Shown piece by piece: positions 19,848-28,717 of a stretch of DNA of 64,000 nucleotides. The stretch lies in the IMG/VR virus record IMGVR_UViG_3300042484_002006; one strand, written 5' to 3'. The notes beneath the pieces were generated by a model that saw only the letters and a list, made by a program, of their open reading frames with translations, had not been told where the DNA came from and made no database searches. Position 1 is the first letter of the stretch. Each line of letters begins with the position of its first letter. This stretch comes from a virus. A program made the translations under genes and the position numbers.

Positions 19848-21328
19848 TAGACAAGGGACTCCTGAACACTAGAGTTAGAAGAAGTATAGGCAGTCTTTGC
19901 AAAAAGATCATTCTTGAAACTGATATAAGATTCAAAAGATTCATAGGGAGCACCGATTTTACTTTTAAGAAAATCATAATAATCAGTGGTAACAATTTTT
20001 TGAATATCTACAACTGAAAATTTACTGGTGACATAATCAAGTAGATAGATTTTATTTTTTGATGGATTATTCATATAGTGATCTAATACTTCATGAAGAG
20101 ATGAAAGATCGAAATAATGCCTTAATCTAAAAGAACTACTCAAATTTGTAGAATCAATATTATAAACAATGACAGGAAAAGATTCATATAAAAAGAAAGA
20201 TTGATCTAATTTAGAATTTTGTGCGAGAATATCTTGAACAGTTGAAGAAAAGTTTTCGTAAGAAGAAACAGTAGTTATCATAGAGTTTTTCTTTATTATG
20301 TTAACAAGTTCTTCAAAACTATAAGTACACTTATGATAACGAATATTACTAGGAAATTCTGAAATTTCTTTATAAAATTCTAAGGTTTCATCAAGACTAA
20401 ATGTAGATAATTGAGTAAAGAAATAATTAAATACAGAACCGTACGAACGAGTAGATGCCTGGAAGTTAAAATTTTCTAACTGTCTAGTAGTCATCTTAGG
20501 ATATTTTTTTTTCAAAAGAATTTTATCAGGATTAAGAAATTTAGATAAAATAGGATGATCTTCTGAAGGTTGATACTGTTGAAAGAATCTATAAAGATTT
20601 GGAGTTAAATCTAAATTCCATCCACCATTCATAAATTCATTAAAAACAATAGAATAGATATAACGAATATCTTTTTTATCTATGTTTTCAACAGAAAGTT
20701 GACTAAGACTGGAAGCAAAACAAATTCTACCATCCATGTAAGAGTTAGGAAGAAATGAAGGAGAATAAACATCTTCCATGGAAGAAAGAGATTTATGAGA
20801 AAACATAATTTTTACGTCACTCAAATCATGAGGATTCAAAATTGTAAGAGTCCAAGGAATCCAAACTTTATATGGATTCATCTTTTTGCGATTATCAGAA
20901 TACCTATTCTTAGTGATGTACAAATCTACTTCAACTTGAAAAGGAGGACGCTCTATAAAATAATAGCCTTCAGGAGTAATATAGCGAGTAGCTATTGGAA
21001 GTAAAGAGGGATCTACTTTTGGATAAATCATTTGCTTATGAGCATAAACAACATCTTCAGTTTTTCCAGAAAAGATAGAAGAAACATCTACTGTCAATAA
21101 TGTAGGAACTTGTTTAGTATCATACCAATATCCACCAAGAAAATCATTAACAACTTGATCATCAGTAGAAGATTGAGCTAAGGAAAGAGGATAGTTAGGA
21201 TAGTTGTAATAAGAACTTGTTAATGCAGAATGAACTACGGTTGAAGCAGAATCTAAATTAACATTAATAAGATAAGAACTAGTTGCTTCCCTAGGATCAA
21301 TGTTAGTAAATTTTCCAGATAAAGACAT
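19847..21328 (-). CDS. prokaryotic E2 (Prok-E2_D-like) protein
   Basis: YKVWIPWTLTIL...LPNSYMDGRICF. Confidence 0.6.
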   Translation of the reverse strand: MSLSGKFTNIDPREATSSYLINVNLDSASTVVHSALTSSYYNYPNYPLSLAQSSTDDQVVNDFLGGYWYDTKQVPTLLTVDVSSIFSGKTEDVVYAHKQMIYPKVDPSLLPIATRYITPEGYYFIERPPFQVEVDLYITKNRYSDNRKKMNPYKVWIPWTLTILNPHDLSDVKIMFSHKSLSSMEDVYSPSFLPNSYMDGRICFASSLSQLSVENIDKKDIRYIYSIVFNEFMNGGWNLDLTPNLYRFFQQYQPSEDHPILSKFLNPDKILLKKKYPKMTTRQLENFNFQASTRSYGSVFNYFFTQLSTFSLDETLEFYKEISEFPSNIRYHKCTYSFEELVNIIKKNSMITTVSSYENFSSTVQDILAQNSKLDQSFFLYESFPVIVYNIDSTNLSSSFRLRHYFDLSSLHEVLDHYMNNPSKNKIYLLDYVTSKFSVVDIQKIVTTDYYDFLKSKIGAPYESFESYISFKNDLFAKTAYTSSNSSVQESLV

Positions 21329-21331
21329 TAT

Positions 21332-22516
21332 TTAAGCTCCAATAAGAGTTTGTATATAGCTAACTTTGTTAACAGAAATTTTTTCCTGTTCTATGTTTTT
21401 ATCTTCAAGCGTATGCGCATCGTAGCACGATATAAACTCTTCAAAGATATTATTAGCTTCTAGGAGAACTTCGTCGTAGTTAGATTCTTTGTCATAGTTT
21501 AAAGTAGTTAACGTAGCGTTATCTGTTATGTTTTGTATAACAAAAGAATGATCTCCAGTTAAAGTTGCGCTATATCGCATTTGAATATTGATTATGTTTT
21601 CACTATTCAAAGGAGTAACTGTAGTTGTTTTAATAATAGTTGAAAGAGCAACATAGTGAGGGCAGTGCTTATCTATTCTGCCTAAATGAAAAGATGAACA
21701 TAAAGTCATTGATGATTTAGAAGAAAGAACAGGGGAAGAACATAGCGCAATGTTTGGGGGAACATTAGCAAATGCATAATCTGCAGAAGTAATTTTGGTA
21801 TCATTAGCATGATATGTTAGGTACTGACAAGGAGCAGGAGATATAACTTTCTTTTTGTCTTTAACTTCAGAAGATGATACAGTGTTGAAGAAAGTATTAA
21901 TGCCGAATTTCCAAGCATATACTGGACTAGAAGTGTGTGGATCTACTGAAGGAGAAAGGCAGGAAACTACATGGCCACTAGGAGAATATCCGGTACAACC
22001 AGGGTGTTCCTTGAGTTTTCCTGTAGGAGAAACTATATGATTCTTGTAAACATTAAAGAATGTTTTAGCGACTGAAGTAATATAGATATTCTCAGGAATA
22101 TTTAAGTATACCTCACCGGAAGCAAAGTAGTCATAAACAAATTCTCCTTCTTCACAACCAGTTTGTCCAGGATACTTTGCTGCATGAATTGGATTAAGCC
22201 AAAAACGAGTAGTATAGTCTGTGTCTGGAGTTGGTAAATCAAAATAGTATTGAGAAGTATCTAAATCAAAAATAACAGGAACATTATTAGATTCACTCTC
22301 TGAAGAATGATTATTATTAGGTATAATATTAAGATCGTGCATTTCTGACTCCGATGTATTAGTTAAGTTAAGTGCAGGGTTAGATTCAAATATATCTAAT
22401 GGAGTTTTAATTTTTAGTTTTTTATAAGCTTTTTCTAATACATTAGAAAATTCTTCTGGAACAATCATCTTAGTCAGAAGTTCTTCAAGAGTAATTGGTT
22501 TATTTATGTTAGACAT
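21332..22516 (-). CDS. Cys/His-containing hypothetical protein
   Basis: 394 aa; several Cys in residues ~120-290. Confidence 0.7.
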   Translation of the reverse strand: MSNINKPITLEELLTKMIVPEEFSNVLEKAYKKLKIKTPLDIFESNPALNLTNTSESEMHDLNIIPNNNHSSESESNNVPVIFDLDTSQYYFDLPTPDTDYTTRFWLNPIHAAKYPGQTGCEEGEFVYDYFASGEVYLNIPENIYITSVAKTFFNVYKNHIVSPTGKLKEHPGCTGYSPSGHVVSCLSPSVDPHTSSPVYAWKFGINTFFNTVSSSEVKDKKKVISPAPCQYLTYHANDTKITSADYAFANVPPNIALCSSPVLSSKSSMTLCSSFHLGRIDKHCPHYVALSTIIKTTTVTPLNSENIINIQMRYSATLTGDHSFVIQNITDNATLTTLNYDKESNYDEVLLEANNIFEEFISCYDAHTLEDKNIEQEKISVNKVSYIQTLIGA

Positions 22517-22517
22517 A

Positions 22518-23081
22518 TTAATACCAAGTGCTTATAGTTTTGTTATATAGATCTTCTCTGGCCTTAGAAGTTAGATGAAGAAGTTCTTCAGCTTGTTTCT
22601 CGAGTTGATTAATATAATCAACATAATATTTAACATCTTTTTCTAAGTCATTAACTTGCTCAATAAGAGAAGAAATAAGCTTAGATGCTTGAGTGGTATC
22701 TATTGTTAGATTAATAGAATCTAAAATAGTTTGTGAAAGATCTGTTTTTTTTAAAATCACATAGGCACCAGTAGCAGCAATAATAATTAGATCATCACGA
22801 AGAGCATTGTAATACTTTTCGTAAAGTGACGTTGGGATATTAGAATAATATTCTTTTCTAAAGTCTGTTTTAGAACCTAAGTATATATATATTTCTTGAT
22901 ATATATCTGGATTAATATTTAGGCTTAAAAGAGATAAAATAGATTGTTTCCGAGATTCGTCTAAACTTGCTGCAACAACATCAACTGTATCAACAGTAAT
23001 TTTCGTGATGTATGGAGAATCAAAAAGTTTATTAAAAACTTCATTCAGATGTTCCAAAGATTGGAACTTGTTTATGATCAT
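22518..23081 (-). CDS. hypothetical protein with a C-terminal coiled coil
   Basis: heptad pattern. Confidence 0.7.
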   Translation of the reverse strand: MIINKFQSLEHLNEVFNKLFDSPYITKITVDTVDVVAASLDESRKQSILSLLSLNINPDIYQEIYIYLGSKTDFRKEYYSNIPTSLYEKYYNALRDDLIIIAATGAYVILKKTDLSQTILDSINLTIDTTQASKLISSLIEQVNDLEKDVKYYVDYINQLEKQAEELLHLTSKAREDLYNKTISTWY

Positions 23082-23272
23082 TATTATTTACCTCAACTGA
23101 ATAGACTTCTATTTTTCCTGTCTTTATAAATTCTTGAAAAGACGTACTAGAAATAAATAAAGATGTAACATCAGGATATATAGATTGAACAATAGGATAT
23201 ATGCTAGATAGATAAGATAAATTATGAAGTAATTCTAAAGTAGAATTATCAACTAGTAATAAACAAGATAGA

Positions 23273-23662
23273 TCAGGAGTCTGTATTAGACAGCTCTGAG
23301 TCAACCATGTCTGCAACGGCTGTGGCAAGATTTTGATCTTGGTCAGCCAGGATTCCCTTTGATGCATGTTGCATAACCTCAAGCATTTCTCTGCGAGACT
23401 TGGAAACATCGTTATGGAAAGCAGCACGGGCTTCATCTGTAGAATATGCTATTTGAGCAACTAAGGCTTCCATAAATACAGCCTGCTCTCCATAACCGAG
23501 AATAAGAGAAGCTATTTGTTTTTCAATAGATTCAATAGATTTTTCTACTGCTTGAATTCTTTGCTCAACTTGAGCATGAATTCCTGTCATTACTTCTTGA
23601 AAAAGATTAGTAATAAACTCTGCAGTAACTGAGTCAAGTGATGGAATATTTTCTTCTGTCAT
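23273..23662 (-). CDS. hypothetical coiled-coil protein
   Basis: ATGA-coupled. Confidence 0.7.
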   Translation of the reverse strand: MTEENIPSLDSVTAEFITNLFQEVMTGIHAQVEQRIQAVEKSIESIEKQIASLILGYGEQAVFMEALVAQIAYSTDEARAAFHNDVSKSRREMLEVMQHASKGILADQDQNLATAVADMVDSELSNTDS

Positions 23663-24309
23663 TGTTCATACCAGTCTTGATTGTTGGTAACATATGATAC
23701 CATAGAAAGATCCATTAAGTATGAGATAGAGCAAATATCTTGACGACTAACTTTAATCTGGTCAACAGACAGAGGAGTCTTCATATCAGGAATAAATGCA
23801 CCACTGTCGGACTTACGCGCAGCAAAATGTCCACACTTCCAAACAAATGAAGTAGTATCTACTGAATCAGATGTTTGCCAGTAATGAGCTTTAAAGATTC
23901 GAGAAATAGGCTTGCCATCAAGAGTTGTTCCACCGTATGAAACAAAACCTTCATTAGTAGGAACGCCCATTCTTTCATTAGCGGGATAGTTTATAGAAGC
24001 TGTTTGATTCGCTATTGAACGAAGATAGGCAGCAAAGTCAATAGTATCAACAAAGACTGCAGTACTGCTTTGAAGTTTACCTTCAGAAGAAGTCTTACCA
24101 ATATCAATCTTCATTTTAAGTGCTTCATTCCAAGGACGAATAGCTAAGAAGCCACTCTGTGTCTTTGATCTAAACCACTTTTTATAAAGATCTTGCTGGT
24201 AGTCTTTAGTATCAGTTTTAACTGGATCCTTTATTCCTTCCAAAGAAGAAAGAAATTCTTCTGCATTATCAAATGTATCGCTCATAATATTCCTATCTAT
24301 TATTGCCAA
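23659..24309 (-). CDS. hypothetical protein
   Basis: 216 aa; overlaps the end of the AAA gene. Confidence 0.75.
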   Translation of the reverse strand: MAIIDRNIMSDTFDNAEEFLSSLEGIKDPVKTDTKDYQQDLYKKWFRSKTQSGFLAIRPWNEALKMKIDIGKTSSEGKLQSSTAVFVDTIDFAAYLRSIANQTASINYPANERMGVPTNEGFVSYGGTTLDGKPISRIFKAHYWQTSDSVDTTSFVWKCGHFAARKSDSGAFIPDMKTPLSVDQIKVSRQDICSISYLMDLSMVSYVTNNQDWYEQ

Positions 24310-25913
24310 ATAAGTTTGGACTCTGATTTTACAGGAGACTTTTTACCTAGTATCATTTTAGCATCTTCCATCTGAGATGTCGAGGCCCAATCCCACTGCT
24401 CAAGAGCATACTGATACATGGACATAACCATGTCATTGTGCTTGAGCCAAATGGTATTCTTGGTACGAGGAATGAAATGTAGAATATCTTTAGTTTCAAT
24501 TGGTCTGAAAGATTCAGAAGTTACATAAAACTTTGTTTCACGAATCAAAGAAACAATTTCTGCACCAGTCATATATACAGCAGCGTCAGCTAATGCATCA
24601 TAATTATAATTGTGGTCAGTATCAATCTTGCTCAAATGAATATGAAAGATATGCTTGCGTTCTTCAAATGAAGGAAGGCCAACAAACATAATTTTGTCGA
24701 AACGATCTGCGCGCAACATCTCAGGGCGCAAAGCTTCAAGTTGATTAGCTGCACATAGTAAGAATGTTTCTTCAGGAAGCTCTTGAAGACCAGTAAGGAA
24801 TTCACCATGAACACGATCAGTGGTTCCGCCATCTACATGAGAAGAACTTGATCCACCAGAAAGATCACGACCAAACTCGTCAATCCACACACATAGTGGA
24901 GACATGAGTTTGATTTGCTTAAAGACAGCACGCATGTTAGCTTCTGATTGACCAATAAAGGAATTCATAACTTGGCTAATACCAGTGCGAGCCAAGTCTA
25001 GTCCAAGTTCATTGGCAGTGGCTTGACAGATAGCTGACTTACCAGTGCCAGGAATTCCGACCATAAGCATTCTGCGAATAGGAGTAATGCCGAAAGACTT
25101 TGCGCGTTCTGGATCATTCCACAAAACTGCTGTTCTACGAATAATGTCTTTGATATTATCAAGACCACCAATATCTGCAAAGCTCATTGTAGGCTTAATA
25201 ATTTCAAGAATGCCATTCTTTTTAATAGTTGACATTTTTTGATCATAAACAAACTTAGGATTAAGTTGTCCAGTATTAACAACGGATGTCAAACAAAGAT
25301 CAATGAATTGAGATTCAGTAAGACCGATTCCAGCATTAACAAGTTCTTTAATGTTGTCTTGTTCAATGAGACGGTCATGTGCAGAAGCATTGATATGCGT
25401 AGCAATAGAATGAAGTTCAGAAAGACCAGGAATAAGATCTTCTATAACAGTAAAGTACTGAGCATATTCTTCAGATACAGCTTGTGAACTCAAGAAAATT
25501 AATTGAAGAGGCATTAAAGAAAGATCATCATTCCAGAAAGCTTTACGATATGATGATTTAAAGTGGGCAATGTATGGAGACATCGGCATGATTGCCGCGT
25601 TAAGATCGCCAATAACATTAATGAAATAAGTAGCTGGCTTAGTAAACGTGGGAGCATTTTCCAAAAGATAGGACATAGCAATCGATGGATCATAAGTGAC
25701 CACTAATTCAGGTCCACCAGTCATTTCAGCCAAAGGATTTGGAACTAGTACGCTCTTCCATTGGCCTTCGCAGTACTTAGAAAATCCAGATAGAAAATCA
25801 ATAATATAATAATCTCTATCAATTGTAGAAGTAATAACATCTACAATTCTGGAAGAGTCAGAATCTTTAATCCAAATATTTGGATAGTTGAGTTTAATAG
25901 AATCAAATAACAT
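24300..25913 (-). CDS. AAA+ ATPase (Ycf46/SpoVK/Cdc48-like)
   Basis: GIPGTGKS, VWIDE, AANQ, RADRFD; degenerate N-terminal module; start set at ATG 25913. Confidence 0.9.
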   Translation of the reverse strand: MLFDSIKLNYPNIWIKDSDSSRIVDVITSTIDRDYYIIDFLSGFSKYCEGQWKSVLVPNPLAEMTGGPELVVTYDPSIAMSYLLENAPTFTKPATYFINVIGDLNAAIMPMSPYIAHFKSSYRKAFWNDDLSLMPLQLIFLSSQAVSEEYAQYFTVIEDLIPGLSELHSIATHINASAHDRLIEQDNIKELVNAGIGLTESQFIDLCLTSVVNTGQLNPKFVYDQKMSTIKKNGILEIIKPTMSFADIGGLDNIKDIIRRTAVLWNDPERAKSFGITPIRRMLMVGIPGTGKSAICQATANELGLDLARTGISQVMNSFIGQSEANMRAVFKQIKLMSPLCVWIDEFGRDLSGGSSSSHVDGGTTDRVHGEFLTGLQELPEETFLLCAANQLEALRPEMLRADRFDKIMFVGLPSFEERKHIFHIHLSKIDTDHNYNYDALADAAVYMTGAEIVSLIRETKFYVTSESFRPIETKDILHFIPRTKNTIWLKHNDMVMSMYQYALEQWDWASTSQMEDAKMILGKKSPVKSESKLIWQ

Positions 25914-25955
25914 ATATATCACCAAACGTACTAGGTGTTGCCTTTTCAAAAAATA

Positions 25956-26007
25956 GGGGGAGGATCGATACATTTATCTAATGAAGAATGTACTCAGATC
26001 CTCCCCC
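25956..26007 (-). terminator. intrinsic terminator-like hairpin after the Ubl gene
   Basis: GGGGGAGGATC...GATCCTCCCCC followed by a T-rich run on the - strand. Confidence 0.65.
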
Positions 26008-26020
26008 GTAGGTGTGCTAA

Positions 26021-26275
26021 TCAGCCCTTTTCGCCTGCACGGCGGTGGAACTCAATGTTCTGGCCGGGCTGAATAACAGCGTTCTCATCAAGTTTGTCCT
26101 TGCCACAGTAGGCAATAGCATCATTGGGAATGCCCCAGATCTTAGCGAACTGTTGACGAACTTCATTGATGGACTTTCCAGCAATGTTGCTCGGCTGATT
26201 GTAAACTCCATAGCGGAGATTAGCCATTCCATTAGCGCGATTCGGCTGAGCTGCCGATGAACTTGTATTTTCCAT
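26021..26275 (-). CDS. ubiquitin-like modifier (Prok-Ub/PRTRC protein C-like)
   Basis: 84 aa ending IEFHRRAGEKG; directly after E1. Confidence 0.8.
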   Translation of the reverse strand: MENTSSSAAQPNRANGMANLRYGVYNQPSNIAGKSINEVRQQFAKIWGIPNDAIAYCGKDKLDENAVIQPGQNIEFHRRAGEKG

Positions 26276-26289
26276 TTTAATTTCTCCTA

Positions 26290-27048
26290 TTATACTGTAA
26301 TTGGTTCTTCTACAGAAGAATGCATTCTGTTGTATGGTTCAGATTTACCGAGTCCAAGATCAAAGAAAATTTCTGTTTCTTCAGGGCTTTGATTGGACAC
26401 TATTGTTTTTTGGACACGACCAAGAATAAAGGACGCTACTGCCATATTAGTGGCGAGTAGTTGAGTGCCTCCTTCAATCTGGGCGCGATCTTGACAAGAC
26501 AATTCACCAGGATTCTTATCTGGCGGATTGTTGTATTCTGGATGATATTCAGCGGGATGAGCAGTAATTTCTACGCCATCTCGTTTTTGATAATGATAAA
26601 TAGAACCAAAAAGGTCATCATCATTACCTCCAGTAAAAACATCAACATTATTTAATTTAGAAGCGGCATCGAAGATAATTTTTCTAGCAGCAAAGTTATC
26701 AACAACTGCAAAAACAACGTCACCTTCACGAATGAGTTGAGAAGCAGTTATCTTAGGACTTTCATCATCGGTAACGCCAGCAAAGTTATCATCAACAACC
26801 CACTTAGCTAATGGAATAATTGTAGTATTAGGGAACTGAGGAACAAGTTCAGCAGCTTTAACTACAGCTTTATTTCCAAGCTTAGTGAAATCTTGACGTT
26901 CTTTATTCTTTTCCTCAAAGGTATCACCATCAACAATGATGAGAGCGGATCCTGGGAATTTCCATTCAAGAAGTCTGACAAGACCTGCTGCAAGCCAAGT
27001 GCCAATGCCACCTGCTCCAACTAAAATAAAACGTCTTTCAGTGCTCAT
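26290..27048 (-). CDS. ThiF/E1-like activating enzyme
   Basis: GAGGIG, DGDTFEEKNKERQ, GNKA, VDNFAAR, ELSC. Confidence 0.92.
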   Translation of the reverse strand: MSTERRFILVGAGGIGTWLAAGLVRLLEWKFPGSALIIVDGDTFEEKNKERQDFTKLGNKAVVKAAELVPQFPNTTIIPLAKWVVDDNFAGVTDDESPKITASQLIREGDVVFAVVDNFAARKIIFDAASKLNNVDVFTGGNDDDLFGSIYHYQKRDGVEITAHPAEYHPEYNNPPDKNPGELSCQDRAQIEGGTQLLATNMAVASFILGRVQKTIVSNQSPEETEIFFDLGLGKSEPYNRMHSSVEEPITV

Positions 27049-28709
27049 TATGCCTCCAAGGGGTTATATATATTTGCACTATAGGGCAGATAGCTATTGC
27101 ATTCTTGAATAGAAATTGCTTCTTCAAATGAATAAATATCTGTAGACCTATTAGTTACAAATTTTTCTATAAGTTTTATATATTCTGGACAGTGTGTATC
27201 ATAAAAGAATTCACAATTAGCACATCCGGTAGACAAATCATAAACTTGAATTGTTTTGGTTTCTTCTTCAAAATCTACAAAATCAGATGTAAGAATCTGC
27301 ACTTTGCAATAGCAAAGTTGTTCGGCATCGCGCAGTGTTCTTCCGCAGCATACAGTAAAGATGTCATCATCAACTGTAGATTGTACAGTATCTTCTAAAA
27401 TTGTATAAGAATCATCTAGATAAGGATCTGTAAAAATGGAGTTGAGAAGAGTTGTAGGAGTTAAACGAATAATGAAATCTAAATCGTTAGCATCTCTACA
27501 CCACAAGTAAGCGGGAACCTTTTTATCAATACCATTTCTGGTGCAGTAGTAGGCAAGATTGTCGATAAGAGTTGCTACGTTTGTGTTCTTTTCAGCAATG
27601 GGTACGTCACAAACACAGCAGCTACCGTCAAAAATATCATACTCGTCAAGAGATGTTTGGCAAGATGGGCATGTAAAGAGTTTGTTTTTTTCATCATCTA
27701 ATTCTGCTACAATGATGGCATTGTCTTCAAGATTGAATTCTGGAATACATCTAAAAGATAATGCTTGCTTCTTTCTGTGATCAGTTATACCAGCCTGCGT
27801 ACCCGCCTGATGGGTTCCATTTACTGGAGTGAGTGATCCCCCCACCGTACTGGGGGGGAGTGCTTTTTTTACTTTACCGGTCCAAGCTACAACTTCTGGA
27901 TCTGGTGCTTTTTCGACAACATAATCTTCAAAGACATCCTCGATATCAAGTTTATATGCTTGTCCTGACATCTGCATTTCAGCATAGTATTGAGTCGCTC
28001 CATTTTGAACAGACTTCTGCCAGCCAAATGTAATGTGAATACCATCGAAATCAGCTTGATCTTTATGGTCTGTTCCAGAAGCATAGGCGCTCATTCCAGG
28101 ATGGCTGTGAACAGAGCCAACAATCATAACATTATCGGGCTTAACTTCGGCAATGCTATTGGGATCATAGTTACAATGGACTGAAGTATTAGTTTGATCT
28201 GGAACAAGAATGCCCCAACCTTCAGATCCTTCTTTTTCAAGATCATAGGTAAGCATGACAATAGATTCAGATCCATGTTGTGCATCGACAAGTCTAAAGA
28301 ACTGATCGAGTTTATCAACAAGAACGTGAGGAATGGGTGGCATATTATAAGTAGCTTCTTCTTGCACCGCAATAAACTGAGGATCAAATGATTCGGTAGA
28401 AAAAGTGACAGTACGGCCAATAAAGTTATTGACAACTTTGAATAACTGCATGTTAGATGTCGTTACTGTAACTGATGGAGCAGGAGTAGGGGGCTTATAG
28501 CCATTGTAGCCTGCACCAGTCGCATTGGATGGTGGAGTAGTTTTTGTTGTTTTTTCGATATTACCAAGAAGATAATAAATATTAAAACCAAAATATTCTA
28601 CAACTTCACAGATATCTTCACGATTAGCCATGAATACTGGAAGACCATTGGACATCCAGTAATAATCTAAATCGTCAAGAGTAAGTTCTTGTTCAATTTC
28701 TTCAGACAT
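27048..28709 (-). CDS. JAB/MPN metalloprotease with a C-terminal Cys-rich region
   Basis: E...GSVHSHPGMSAYASGTD; CPSC, CCVC. Confidence 0.9.
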   Translation of the reverse strand: MSEEIEQELTLDDLDYYWMSNGLPVFMANREDICEVVEYFGFNIYYLLGNIEKTTKTTPPSNATGAGYNGYKPPTPAPSVTVTTSNMQLFKVVNNFIGRTVTFSTESFDPQFIAVQEEATYNMPPIPHVLVDKLDQFFRLVDAQHGSESIVMLTYDLEKEGSEGWGILVPDQTNTSVHCNYDPNSIAEVKPDNVMIVGSVHSHPGMSAYASGTDHKDQADFDGIHITFGWQKSVQNGATQYYAEMQMSGQAYKLDIEDVFEDYVVEKAPDPEVVAWTGKVKKALPPSTVGGSLTPVNGTHQAGTQAGITDHRKKQALSFRCIPEFNLEDNAIIVAELDDEKNKLFTCPSCQTSLDEYDIFDGSCCVCDVPIAEKNTNVATLIDNLAYYCTRNGIDKKVPAYLWCRDANDLDFIIRLTPTTLLNSIFTDPYLDDSYTILEDTVQSTVDDDIFTVCCGRTLRDAEQLCYCKVQILTSDFVDFEEETKTIQVYDLSTGCANCEFFYDTHCPEYIKLIEKFVTNRSTDIYSFEEAISIQECNSYLPYSANIYNPLEA

Positions 28710-28717
28710 ATATTCTC

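Noticed and set aside
26290-27048. Thiamine or molybdopterin biosynthesis (thiF/moeB)
   Set aside because: No thiG, thiS, moa or moe genes; neighbours are JAB and E2-like genes, pointing to conjugation (not formally excluded).
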